Positions 39,275 to 52,340 of a DNA stretch of 64,000 nt are shown here, piece by piece. Numbering within the stretch: the first letter of the stretch is position 1; each line of letters opens with the position of its first letter. This DNA comes from Octopus sinensis (lineage: Eukaryota). The stretch lies in contig NC_042998.1 of the NCBI RefSeq assembly GCF_006345805.1, positions 138,136,001-138,200,000 of the forward strand, given 5' to 3'. Made by a program: the position numbers and the translations under genes. A model generated the notes under the pieces. That model was not told where the DNA came from and made no database searches. It worked only from the letters and a program-made list of their open reading frames with translations.

Positions 39275-41912
39275 TAGACAGAATTATGGATCTATTAAAT
39301 ACAAAAGGGACAGGATTTATGTGTGACTTTAAGAAGGCTAACCAATGGAGACTAAATCAAGCGATGAATAAAGTCAATATTGTCCTGAGACACATTGAAA
39401 CAAAAAACATCACACAAACAAATAATCTTATCAAGGCTGCTTGTAGGATTGTGGCGGAAAGGGTGGTGTTGAGAACTACTGAGAATAGAACAGCGAGAGG
39501 AAATAAACAACCGTGGTGGAACAGTGTAGTGTCAGTACTTGTCAGGAAAAGAAATGGGGAACTTAAGAATGAATAGAAATTCGAAAAAGTAAGGAAAAAA
39601 TTATGGTGTCGATACAAAAAGCCTGGATGTTGTAATTGAAGAACGGAGGCAGCGCATACATGCAAAAAAAAGAAAAAAGCAACGGACTAAGCAATTCCAG
39701 CAAAACAAATTGTTTAGAACTGGCCAAAAAAAGATTTTATCAAGAGATAAATGACGATAAAAAACGTAAAAGATTAGTCCCTGGTGCTTTTTTGGTTTAA
39801 GATATGGAGTAAGCTGAATGGTTTTTCAGCCTGAAGCAGACAGCTTCTTATCCTCAGCAAGAGGCTATTTACTTCACAGAAGACATTATCAAAAATATGA
39901 GTAAAAAGATAAGCAAATGGAAAGCAGTAGGACCTGCTGATGTACAGGGATTTTGGATGAAAAGGTTCAATAGTTGCCATAAGTTGATCGCAGAACAATT
40001 TAATGCATGGATCGATGGAGAAGATGAAATCCCAAACTGGTTGAAAAAAGGACGAACGATGTTGTGCCTGAAGGGAAATATTGCTGACAATTACAGACCA
40101 ATATCCTGCCTCCCGGTAATGTGGAAATTACTGTTAGGAGGAATTGCAGAAGAACTGTATAAATTTCTTGATGAGAACGATATATTACCGCCGGAACAAT
40201 AAAGCTGTATAAAGAGATGCAGAAGTACTAAATATCAACTACTAATAGGCAAAATGGTAATGCAAGATTGTAAACAAAGAAATCTGGGAATGGCCTGCAT
40301 TGACTATCGCAAAGCTTATGATATGATTCCACATTCGTGGATCATCGGGTGCTTAGATCTGTTTGGAATTGCGAGGATTGTAACGTATTTCCTGAAGAGA
40401 AGTATGGTGGAATGGAAAACTGAACTGACATCTTACAGAAAAAAGCTTGGGCATCCTGGGTATCAGAAGAAGGATTTTCCAAGGTGATAGCTTATATCCG
40501 TTGCTTTTCGTTGTCTGCATGATACCCCTGGCCTTGGTACACAGGAAAATGAACCCGGGGTACCAACTAATGTATAAACCCCAGACAATTAACCACCTCC
40601 TCTTCATGGATGATTTGAAACTATGACAAAGATGAGACAGAAGTGAGTTCCTTGGTGAACACGGTCCACTGTTTTAGTACTGTTATTAGAAAGGAATTTG
40701 GACTGAAGAAATACGGAGTAATCTACCTAAAAGGAGTCAAGATACAGTCCCTTAGAGACTTGATTAAGTAAATTGAAGCAGAAGTCTACAAATACCTTGG
40801 TGTACTAGAGTACAACTAGATAATGGAAAAGGAAATGATAGAGCAACTAAGGAAGAAGTATTTCCGAAGACTGGGGCTGGTGCTGTGCTCAAAATTGACT
40901 GGATGGAATAAAATCCAAGCAGTTAATACGTGGACGTCAGCATCACTTCGGTATGGAGCGGGAAATTACAAAATGGCAAAAGAGACAAAGGAAGAAAATG
41001 GATACCAAGGCCAGAAAAATGTTGACAGTACACAAAGCCTTCCATCCTAAGAGTGACACAGATGGGCTGAAAATATACGAATAAAGCCGACCTCATCAAA
41101 ACCGAAAATTGCGTAACTAAAGAAAAATTTAAACAAGAAAGGGAAAAAAAAAAAGAAAGAGAAAAGAAAAAGCATGGAAGGAAAAAATGTACGGTCAGTT
41201 TACAAAAGATCTGAATGCGAAGACAGATACAGAGGACCGGTGGCTACGGATGAGGAAGAGTGACCTGAAAATAGAGCCAGAAGCACTCATACGCGCAGCT
41301 CAGGAGCAAACATTAAGGACCAATTATATGAAGTGCAGACTTGACAACATTACCGATAGCTACAAATACCGAATGCGTGGTGAAAGAGGTGAAACGGTAT
41401 GGTACATCGTTAGCGAATACCCGAAATTGGCACGCGAATACAAATGACACCAGGCAATGTGACAAGAACGATCTGTTGGGAGCTCTGTGGAAATTACGGC
41501 CTACAAAGAGCAAAGACGTGGTACGAACAAACCTCAGAAGAAGTCATCGAAAATGAGAACTGCAAAATCCTGTACGATGTAATGATCCAGTGCGATCACC
41601 TGACCAGACATAGGAAACCGGACATTGTTGTAATGAATAAAGTGGGAAATATGAAGGTTGTGGTCAATGGAGAGAGTAGGCGTGAAGTCAATAGTAATTT
41701 CTGCACATGGAAGTACCAGCACTTAACTACCAACATAGCTGAAAAAGATCGGTGCAAGTGTGAAGGTAGAACACCTACAAAAATCAGCATTGCTTGGAAC
41801 TGCAAGAATTCTTCGCAATGTTCTTGAAGCATGACCAGTAAACAAGTGACACCTTAGTCTGCTGGCTGTGGACAACTGACACTTTCCATCATACCAAGCA
41901 AAATAAGCTGAG
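39275..41912 (+). mobile_element. R4/Dong-clade non-LTR retrotransposon, 5'-truncated decayed copy
   Basis: KVNIVLRHIETKNITQTNNLIKAA, WKAVGPADVQGFWMKR, NYRPISCLPVMWKLL, IDYRKAYDMIPHSWI, FQGDSLYPLLF, LLFMDDLKL, HRKPDIVV. Ordinary 3' UTR; (TAA)n on both sides. Confidence 0.9.
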
Positions 41913-41913
41913 G

Positions 41914-41993
<80 letters not shown>

Positions 41994-42007
41994 TATTATT
42001 ATTATTA

Positions 42008-42038
<31 letters not shown>

Positions 42039-42133
42039 TATTATTATTATTATCATTATTATTATTATATTATTATTATTATTATTATTATATTATTATT
42101 ATTATTATTATTATTATATTATTATTATTATTA
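41913..42133. repeat. (TAA)n switching to (TTA)n array
   Basis: Direct reading; strand switch near 41993. Confidence 0.95.
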
Positions 42134-42584
42134 ATCGACATACCTGCTTTGAGTAGTTCTCCTTCCAAGAGATTCCTTGACCGGGCAATCATACCGCTCT
42201 TCAATCATACTTCTAAAACAAAAATGTTTTTATAATCCTTTCTAACAGCAAACTGGGTAAAGATAATTAAAACTATTTCGATGTTGTAAAAATTCTGATA
42301 TCACATGTTAACTATATTGTTGATTTTTTATTTTAGCGATTAATATTTGTTGTTGATTTTGAACCACAATAATTATCACGCTACTGTTTGTCTTATTGCA
42401 TATTCTAACTAGAGTACATTCTGTGACGTATGCCACAGATTTTCTGTAAACAACAGCATTCCGTATACTTTCTTCAAAATTTTCAAAACCAAATATTGCT
42501 TCAAACTAACAATTGTGTCTGTAAAGTTTTAAGGTATGAGTGTCTGTGATCGATTTTGATGCTTATTGCTCACAAGCTGCTGAT

Positions 42585-42627
<43 letters not shown>

Positions 42628-42747
42628 TGTAGTAGTAATAGTAGTAGTAGCAGCAGCAGCAGTTGTTGTTATAGTAGTAGTGTATTGGTGATGGTGGTGG
42701 GTGTTGTTTTGACTGTGGTGGATGTTTTGGTAGTAGTAGTAGTAGTA

Positions 42748-42804
<57 letters not shown>

Positions 42805-44177
42805 CAAAACTATATTTTGGGATTTGATATAGCTTTCAGCGTATTAATGCTATCAATAAATGTGTTAAATGATGTATGTTTTTATGTTAGAGAAATATGA
42901 TTTAAAATGGATTTCTTAGCCCCTTCTGCTATTGTTAATTCGCAAAAAATTTTGTTTGAAAAGTGTAATGTCCGTGTAACCATTTTATCTCCAAATATAA
43001 TCAAATTATCCTTTCTAAATAATCTGACATAGAATACGCTGGAAGCATTGCTATTTTGTCAAAGCATATTTTTTTATATATGGTATAAAACCACCCCAAA
43101 GCCATTAAGAATCCGCTGACAAAAGTATATAAAAGTTATAAGCATTTGAGAGACAGTAGTGTCATACAGCTATGCCTGGACATATTTACACTGCTGAAAG
43201 ATTATTTCCTATATGAATTTAATTCGGATATAAATTTCGGCTTGGTGAGCCATTATTTTATTCCAACAGTTTGTTGGAAGTGTTAGGTTGTTCTTGTTCA
43301 TTTACATTTTCATATAAGTTGTTGCTTAACTTTTTTGCGCAAGATATGCTGTCGACTTGAAACATAACAACCAAGTAAAAACAACTTCGATGATAACACA
43401 AACTCTATGCTTTTTATGCCTATGTACAGTCGTTCTTCACTAATTAGACATCAATGAAACCTATAGCATGGTGGGTCGCTGTGTCTGCTGAAACACTGGT
43501 ATTTCGATTAGTATAAGCAATTTAATCAGAAGTTAGTCGCCTCAATCTACCTTTGAAATACTCGGAAAGTCAATACACGGTCTTTAATAGAAGAGAAAAG
43601 AACGTTAAATGAAAAACGAGAAATTTCATAAAAAGGCTTGCTTTTAAATTTGTCAATGCTTCAAAATACGATCTCATGTAAGAAAGAAGCCATCTCGCCT
43701 TTTTTAAAATTCATTTTGTCTCATATCCGAAGAGCCGGTCGTGTTTTGTTACGCCCACGAAAATTGAAGTAACATGGAAAGCTAAGTTAATCTTGTTACT
43801 CAATAAATACAATTCACGTTAACACGCACATACATACACGACGCACACACACATACACACACGCATACAAACACACACACATACGGACAGATGCACACGC
43901 ACTAACAAGCTTAGTTTGTTGTTCAAATTGCTGACTGTTTACTGACGGAACCGAGAAATAACAACACTGTGTCTGTGCATGCGCGTGTCCATGTTCGTGT
44001 CTTTGCACGCACGTGGACCTTTGTATTAAGGAGGGATGTATAAGTATATACGTGTATGAGAATGTGTGAACACAAGTATTCGACGTATATTGTATATCTA
44101 AGGCAGTATAACAATAGACTTGGTCTCCTTTTAAAGACCGCCAAATGCCTCAACGCTGTATATTTACTGACATTGTA

Positions 44178-44596
44178 CAGTAATGTTTCGATATACGAGT
44201 TAATTTGTTCCCGGATACTCCTCGTAAAGTGAAAACTCATAAAACAGAGCAATAATTTCCCATTGTAGCAATGTTATAAATCGTAAATCGTTCCCAGAAA
44301 AATATTTTATCCATAAAATTTATAATACTCATAATTAAATGCTTGCATATCATCACTTGTAGACTCGATCACCGATTCTCAAACACTCGTAGGCACACTT
44401 GTAGATTTGTTTTTAAAAAAACAAGCCTAGAGTTGTTTGCGTAGAAGCCTTCTTTTGGCTCTCTATAAATTTCTCCCTAACACGCAGGAGCATGTGTTAT
44501 GATAGTAGAAACTTTTGCACTTCGTTCAAAATTTGGATTGTGTGCTTGAAAACTAAAACTCGTAAACTCGGGGTCTCGTAAAGTGAGGCAGTCCTG
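44178..44596. mobile_element. pogo/Tigger-like MITE
   Basis: TA|CAGTAATGTTTCGATATACGAG at left and CTCGTAAAGTGAGGCAGTCCTG|TA at right (decayed TIRs sharing CAG...TACGAG), TA on both flanks. Confidence 0.55.
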
Positions 44597-45088
44597 TACA
44601 ACTAAAGAGCTAAACCAGCACAAAAAGCAATCCTTGTTCGTCAGGATTTACTAATTGCGTACTTCTGTCACACCAGCCAACCCGTTGGCTTCATCTTAGC
44701 TTCCCCTATCTACATCACTGAAATGCATTGCCTTGGGACCTATTTTTTCTCCAGTCTTTTCAGTCATATAACTGCCGTTTGCTAGAGTGTTCTGTCTGTA
44801 AAGCTTTCACAAAACACTCCCGACCAGCAGACGTCAATCGTGTCGGTCTCACCAATCTATATTATCTAAATTTGATGGATTCCGCTCTAAATAGGCACTA
44901 CAACTCGTATAAATCACTGTAAAGTAGAATTGATGATTAAATTTGTTAGTTTGCATTGTCGAGTTCAATTATACCTGTAGAGAAAGCCAGACTACGATTG
45001 ACAGTGCCCTCTCCAGGGACAGATACATCTCTCATCCAGTTCACGCACTCTCACACTCACTTGCCCCTTTCATCTCAATCTGAATCTT

Positions 45089-45175
<87 letters not shown>

Positions 45176-45196
45176 GTCTGTCTGTCTGCCTGTCTG

Positions 45197-45262
<66 letters not shown>

Positions 45263-45292
45263 CGTCTGTCCGTCTGTCTGTCTGTTTGACTC

Positions 45293-45338
<46 letters not shown>

Positions 45339-45473
45339 TTTCTCGTTTTCTATCTACCTCTCTATCTGTTTATCTCATTTACCGGCAAACACTTCATTCT
45401 GCAAACACCCCCTTTCCGATTAATGTCATGAAACGACACTCATCTGAGATCAGCAGTTTTGCTGCTGCTGCTG

Positions 45474-45521
<48 letters not shown>

Positions 45522-45915
45522 TTTCTCGTGAACTTTTGATCGGAAATTAGTAATCAAAAGCAATTAAAATAGATAAATAAATAAATATAAATCTGTCCCC
45601 TATTCATTCGATTAATTCGATTCTGCTCAAATTCAATACAGGTTGAATATGATACACAGAGTAAAGGCCGGTCGTTTTAAAATGTTATTCTATTTAAATT
45701 TGAAATAAGGCTAAGTACATCAGATGATGAATGGCGAGAGATGCGGCTTTTCTCTTTTAGTTCTTTTCAAATATTTATATTTTTAAAAAATTTATGCAAA
45801 TTTGTAGAAGACAAATTTCACGAAGCGAAAGGGCAAGGATGAACTTTCATTTTCTGTAGTAGTTGCAGTAGTAGTATTGGTAGTAGTAGTAGCAGCAGCA
45901 GCAGCAGCAGTAGTA

Positions 45916-45959
<44 letters not shown>

Positions 45960-46261
45960 TGGAGGAGGAGGAGGAAAAAGAAGAAGAAGAAGAAGAAGAA
46001 GAAAAGAAGAAGAAGAAGAAGAAGAAGAAGAAGAAGAAGAAGAAGAAGAAGAAGAAGAAGAAGAAGAAGAAGAAAATGTAATAAAATACTATAATATAAC
46101 TACTATTAATGATAATAATAATAATAAAAATATAATAATAACAACAACGATACTAATAATCTTTTCTATATTGACCACAAGGGCCGAACACAAAATAAAA
46201 AGGGACAATTCGACACGCGACAAATGGGGCCTATCACAATAATTCGTGCATTAAAAAGAAA

Positions 46262-47195
46262 GCAAGAACAATTAACAACAAAAATTCAACAGTAAAATTC
46301 CTTCAAAGCGGAGGTTCTACAAGGGACATCCCGACTGCCAGGGCAACCTCAGCAAGTGCCTCTTTCCTCATCTTCTCCGCTTCACAAGTGTATGTTCAGC
46401 GCAGGCCCATTCACACGGGCTATCCTCTCCACATTTACCCACCTTTCAACAGAAATATTGTGGGTGGGTGGGTGAGGTGTTGGGGTGTCAACACTTCCTT
46501 CTCCATCCTCACTTTCTTTTTCAAGTGGATTCGACTGACAACCGGATCCGTCCTACACGCGTCAACAACTGTTCAACAAAGTTCCACAAGTCAGCAATTC
46601 CCGGGCACTGGACTAGTGCATGCAGAACGGTTTTGTCACCATGCGCACATCAAGAACAGTTTTGCCTGTACAGCTTGTCTCGAACTGGCAGAGCTCCTCG
46701 GTAACAGTGTCTGGCCAAAGATTTCTTGAAATTATCCGCTGACCTTGGAAAAGACCAGTTAAATTATCCCTTCCGATGCCCAGAGTATTCCCGAGGACGT
46801 CGTCGCTTTTGCCCGCTACTAATATCCTATAGAATTCCAATGTGGAACTTTTACTGACCATTTTGCCCGATTGGCAGGGGGCTGTGAGCACTTAGCAACG
46901 CTTCTGGTGCCAAGCTCTCTTTCTCGGTTTATGTTTGATCGAGGACTGTAGCTCCGTTAATGAGACAAGTGCCATAAACCCTGTTTGATAAACGGCGACC
47001 ACACCTGCTCAGCGTTAAGAAAACGCTGAGGGTGTCGCAGCCTCAGCATCGTTAGCTACGGCAAGCCGAGTCCTCCACTCAGCGGTTTCTGACAGCAGAT
47101 GGATTGTCTGACGAGCGGAATCTGCCCGTTCCACAGAAATCCGAAGAGTGAGCGCTCCAGCTTGATTAGTTACGAAATAGGGTAAGGTACGACGA
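46262..47195 (-). mobile_element. L1/Tx1-like LINE 3' fragment with 3' UTR
   Basis: Minus frames STLEFYRILVAGKSDDVLGNTLG, HLKKKVRMEKEVL, ERWVNVERIARVNGPALNIHL* resemble C-termini of Tx1-like ORF2 (recognised from memory). GC-richer than the flanks. Confidence 0.6.
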
Positions 47196-47202
47196 TCATG
47201 CG

Positions 47203-47535
47203 GTGGAGCATCATAGCCATGTGTTGAGTGGGATCCTTCAGGGTTTGAATAATTCACCTTTGGAAACATAGGTGTTTCTTTCAACATCCTTAAACATCCC
47301 TTATTCAGGGACCTTTTGAGCGGTATGGGTTACTCGACCAGAAGAAAATTCTAACTGGACCCACCTGTAAAGTCATGTGCTGTTTATCTTGATATGAGAT
47401 CACCATATCGCGCACATATGGTTGTGATGCATGTGCTTGGTGTACCCTTATCAGACGGGTAGTCATGATGGGTATACTGGGCTTCGTATATTTTACCCCA
47501 GTGTCACTTTGATGGCATGCACTGCTCTCTCACTC
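47203..47535 (+). mobile_element. Non-coding TAA-tailed repeat element, 5'-truncated copy Z
   Basis: Matches the 3' ~330 nt of copy Y; ends GCTCTCTCACTC then (TAA)n. Confidence 0.85.
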
Positions 47536-47545
47536 AATAATAATG

Positions 47546-47688
<143 letters not shown>

Positions 47689-48362
47689 TGCAATACTATT
47701 TTCAAAGACCACTGCAATAACAACTACAGCAACAACTGCAGCAGCATCAAAGTGTGCACATAGTTAGTAGTAGTAGTAGTAGTTGGAGGAGGAGGAGGAA
47801 AAGAAGAAGAAGAAGAAGAAGAAGAAGAAGAAGAAGAAGAAGAAGAAGAAGAAGAAGAAGAAGAAGAAGAAGAAGAAGAAGAAGAAGAAGAAGAAGAAGA
47901 AGAAAATGTAATAAAATACTATAATATGAGTAAAATATGGATTGGTTAGGACAAGATAAGACTTAATTTCCCTTTTAAAAACTTCGATTTTTAAATTAAT
48001 CACAACCTGTTGAGTCTCATGATTTCAGCTAATATTTCAATCATGGTTGTCAAAGTTGTCAGAGTTACAATGGCAAAGGAGAGGATTAAAATGCACTTAT
48101 TGAATCGAGCTCTTGTTAACCGAAACGCCCGTTTTCTGATAGCAACAATACTAATAGAAATGTGTTAGTTGCAACCACAGTAGCGGTAGCAGTGATACTA
48201 ATAGGTAGCAGCAGTAATAACAGTTGTAGTGATGGTAGTCGTAATAGTAGTAGTAGTAATAGTGGTGGTAGTAGTGGGGTTAGTAGTAGTGGTAGTAGTA
48301 GCATCTGCAGTAGCGGTATCTCCAGTTGTAGAAGCGGTGGTTGTAATAATAGTAGTAGTAGT

Positions 48363-48406
48363 CATCATCATCATCATTGTTCGACCGTGGTCGAGACAAT
48401 GGAATT
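48363..48406 (-). mobile_element. 31-nt 3' tip of the RTE-like LINE seen at 61935-62320, plus (GAT)n tail
   Basis: Minus AATTCCATTGTCTCGACCACGGTCGAACAATGATGATGATG versus plus 62281 AGTTCCATTGTCTCGACCACGGTCGAACAATGATGAT. Confidence 0.8.
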
Positions 48407-48633
48407 GTAGTAGTAGTATTAGTAGTAGCAGCAGCATCAACAGTAGCAGTAGCTACAATAGTAGTAGTAGTGGTGGTGGTGGTAGTAATAATAGCGGTGG
48501 GGGTGGTGATGGTGGTGGGGGTTGTTGTAGTGGCTGCAGCAGTGGTAGCAGCAGCAGTAGTAATAATAGTGGTAGTAGTAGTGGCAGCAGCAGCAGTAGT
48601 AGTAGTAGTAGCAGCAGCAGCAGCAGCAAAAGC

Positions 48634-48673
<40 letters not shown>

Positions 48674-48794
48674 TAGTAGTAGTAGTAGTAGTGGTGGTGG
48701 TGGTGGTGGTGTTAAAAATGATCTTAAAATGACGGTTTTAATGGCATTTCTAATAATGGTTAAGGATTTCTCATTTAGATGCAAGCCAACAATT

Positions 48795-48940
48795 CTAATG
48801 GAAGTGGCTTTGTCGGTACTATCGACTCAGAGTATGACTGGTAGTTTGTTTTATCGACCATGAAGGATGAAATGTAAAGTTGACCTCGGCGTGAATAGAA
48901 CTCAGAACGTAACGAGTCAGAAGAAATACTGTAGAACCAA
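48795..48940 (-). mobile_element. tRNA-derived SINE family A, decayed
   Basis: TTTTATCGACCATGAAGGATGAAATGTAAAGTTGACCTCGGCGTGAATAGAACTCAGAACGTAA. Confidence 0.75.
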
Positions 48941-49504
48941 ATCGCAGGAGTTACCGAGAATGAACACTGCAATATCCTGTGGGCTGCAATGATTCAGTGT
49001 GACCATCAGATCAGACATCGGAAATCTAACATTGTTGTGATGAACAAAGAAGAAAAAACTTGCGTTATAATCGACATAGCATGTCCTGGGTGACAACAGG
49101 ATCAAAGAGAAAGATGAAAAACTGAAGAACTATGACAATTTGAAGTGGGAAATACTCAGGTTGTGAGCGATGAAGAGAGTGGACGTGATACTAGCAGTGA
49201 TTGGTGCACTTGGAAGTATCAGCACTCAACTATCAACATGGCTCAAGAAGATTGGTACAAATGTAAAGATAGAACACCCACAAAAATCATCAGGCGCAGG
49301 AGTGGCTGTGTGGTAAGTAGCTTGCTTACCAACCACATGGTCCTGGGTTCAGTCCCATTGCATGGCACCTTGGGCAAGTGTCTTCTACTATAGCCTCGGG
49401 CCGATCAAAGCCTTGTGAGTGGATTTGGTAGACGGAAACTGGAAGAAGCGTGTCGTATATAATATATATATATGTGTGTGTGTGTGCGCGCGCGCGCGCG
49501 CGTG

Positions 49505-49535
<31 letters not shown>

Positions 49536-49691
49536 TGTGTCTGGTTTGTCCCCCAACATAGCTTCACAACCGATCCTGGTGTGTTTACGTCCGTGTAACT
49601 TAGCGGTTCGGCAAAAATGACTGATAAAATAAGTACTAGGCTTACAAAGAATAAGCTGACACTTTCCATCATACCCTGAAAATAAGGTGAG

Positions 49692-49695
<4 letters not shown>
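48941..49695 (+). mobile_element. R4/Dong 3' fragment (48941-49291 and 49656-49695) interrupted by a SINE
   Basis: GVTENEHCNILWAAMIQCDHQIRHRKSNIVVMNKEEKTCVIIDIACPG. The 3' UTR end CTGACACTTTCCATCATACC resumes after the SINE, followed by (TA)n. Confidence 0.8.
49292..49655 (+). mobile_element. tRNA-derived SINE family B
   Basis: AGGCGCAGGAGTGGCTGTGTGGTAAG (A-box-like), GGGTTCAGTCCC (B-box-like), GGCACCTTGGGCAAGTG, internal (TA)(GC)(GT) microsatellite, TAGCGGTTCGGCAAA. Confidence 0.85.
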
Positions 49696-49754
<59 letters not shown>

Positions 49755-50076
49755 TATATTTAAACACAAGAGAATACTGCCTTCAACAGGCAGTTTTTAC
49801 ACGCTAGAAGAAGTAGTCAAAACGACCAAAACCACATTTAAGAGCAATCTTCAAAAGGAATGAAAAATAAAAACACTGTTTTACCTTGCTATTCTAATCC
49901 GGTCAGACCTTGGTTTCAAAATTTTTTTAGCAAATAAAATTATTTGCTAGGCGAATTTCTCATCACTGAACGCACCACAACACTAACATATGATTAAGAG
50001 ACGAATAACACGTGTCTCATCGTTATACATTATAATTTTTAAAATTCACCGCGCAAGCGCAGTTTCAGTCGGCATA

Positions 50077-50147
<71 letters not shown>

Positions 50148-50149
50148 TA

Positions 50150-50401
50150 TAATTTATATATAGAGGGCATTATACATACATGCCAGAAGGCATTATACAT
50201 ACATGCCAAACGCTAAGAGGGACAATTAGTCATTTCTACCAAAAATATTACTAATCCCACCGAATGCAATTTTTCAAAGTAAGACATTCGGTGGGATTAG
50301 TAATATTTTTGGTAGAAATGACTAATTGTCCCTCTTAGCGTTTGGCATGTATGTATAATGCCTTCTGGCATGTATGTATAATGCCCTCTATATATAAATT
50401 A
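50150..50401. repeat. Perfect inverted repeat, 117-bp arms, 18-nt spacer
   Basis: 50150-50266 is the exact reverse complement of 50285-50401, checked base by base by eye. Confidence 0.9.
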
Positions 50402-50516
50402 ATATGTTCAATAAGAAATAATTATTTTCGAAATTTTTTCTCTTATGAGGTTTTTACGCTATCTACCTGACAATTTCTTGTTAAGTTTTCCTTATTAAGT
50501 AGTTGTCCTTAATTGC

Positions 50517-50643
<127 letters not shown>

Positions 50644-51131
50644 GTGTGTGTGTATGTATGGTTGAGTAGCAGACTCGTTAGCGCCTCTTGCAGCATTTAG
50701 TTATGATCCTTTCGCCCTGAGTTCAAACCCCACCGAAGGTAAACATTCAAAAGCCGACTCTACGACCAATTCTATTCATTCTCTGTCATTATTCGTTTAG
50801 ATATTGAGAGGGACCAGGTCTGACGAGAAGACAATGTGGACAAATCCATCCTATATAATAACTATTGTATAGTGAAACTGTATACCTCTCCTGGTAACAA
50901 GTGGTAGGAGACAGCTATTATAAATAGACCAGGAGACGGTCGTTAAGAGAGGGTCGGGAGTCGACAGTTCTTGTGGATCTATCAGTGATAGTAAGACAGA
51001 AGTTAGATTATTACTATTCCAGTATGAAGAGATACAACGGTATCCGATGACTTGTGGCTACTAACGTAAAACAGCAACTACAGGACAACGGCAGTCACTC
51101 ATCACATCAGTTGAAACCCATTTTACAACAG

Positions 51132-51143
51132 TGGCGACGAGGA
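51132..51143 (+). promoter_or_regulatory. Primer-binding site, tRNA-Ser(GCT)-type
   Basis: TGGCGACGAGGA is complementary to the 3' end UCCUCGUCGCCA of metazoan tRNA-Ser(GCU), one base after the LTR. Confidence 0.75.
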
Positions 51144-51209
51144 AAAATAAATTTACGCAGAGTGAAAAAAAACATTCACGCGAAGAGTTTAAACAAATTC
51201 ACGTGGAAA

Positions 51210-52340
51210 ATTAGATTACCCGACGAAAAAGAAGCAAAAATCTTGTGCAGACTTAATGGAAAAGTGATGTTGAACATCATGTGTGAAGTACCAGTAACTT
51301 TGGAGGAAATAAGATGCGAGAAATGACAAATTTATTAATGAGACAAAAAAAAAATGTGGTCGACAAAAGGAAATAAAGAAAGGCCTGATGCAAAGAACCG
51401 CCAAACTGTGAGCGTTACTCTATATGTGATGGTGTACTTATGTACGCTTAGAGGGTGGTCATACCACAGTTATTACAGAAGATAATGCTAAAAGAGTTCC
51501 ATGTGGGACAATCAAGCATCTCTACAATGAAAGTGCTGATGCGAAGTTTCGTATACTAGCCATGCATGAACAAGAAGGTTGAGAACCTGGTAAAAGGCTG
51601 CAGAGGATGTGCGCTGGCAGCAAAACTACCTACTACAAAATGTGGTCCTTGACCGGAAGTGAAAGTACCATGGTTCCGATTGTATATCGATTTTGCAGGC
51701 CCGGTAAATGGATATTATTAGTTAATAGTAGTAGACTGCTACACAAAATGGCCTGAGGTCGCGAAGTGTAAACGACCAACCTCATATACGGTAATAAACT
51801 TCTTACACGAGCTGTTCGCAAGATTTGGTATACCGGATATAATTGTTTCTGATAACGGAACACAGTATGAATCCTGTGAGTTTAAAAGATTATGCGAGGT
51901 GCTCACGTTAGAACATAAAACTATAGCTCTATATCACCCTACACCGAATGGAAGGGCCGAACGATTCGTGGGGACTTTTAAGAGAGTTTTAATGAAAGCT
52001 AATAAGGAAGCCACGGACAAGGTCGCGTTTCAACAATTCTCAAGGGAATATAGGGTAACTCCGAACCCAAATGCGCCAGAAGGAAGTTCACCAGCAGAAT
52101 TAATGTTTGCCTGAAAGATGAAGTCAGTATTTGATAAACTGTTACCGGGGGTGGGGGTAATACGTGCTAGTAAAGACATGCCAAAATTCTTTAGAATTGG
52201 TGATAAGGTATATATAAGAATATACAAAAAAAATGGCAAGTAATACTGGGAAGAGGGAAGAATTGTAACATACATAGGCAGAATGATGTATGGTGTAAGA
52301 AGTAGAAATGGAATGGAAAGGAGACAGAAATCAACTTAAG
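51210..52340 (+). pseudogene. Gypsy pol remnant: connection region and integrase (HHCC zinc finger, DDE core)
   Basis: RVVIPQLLQKIMLKEFHVGQ...GCRGC, PWFRLYIDFAGP, VVDCYTKWPEV, LFARFGIPDIIVSDNGTQY, YHPTPNGRAERFVGTFK, YRVTP...SPAELMF, with several stops. Confidence 0.85.
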
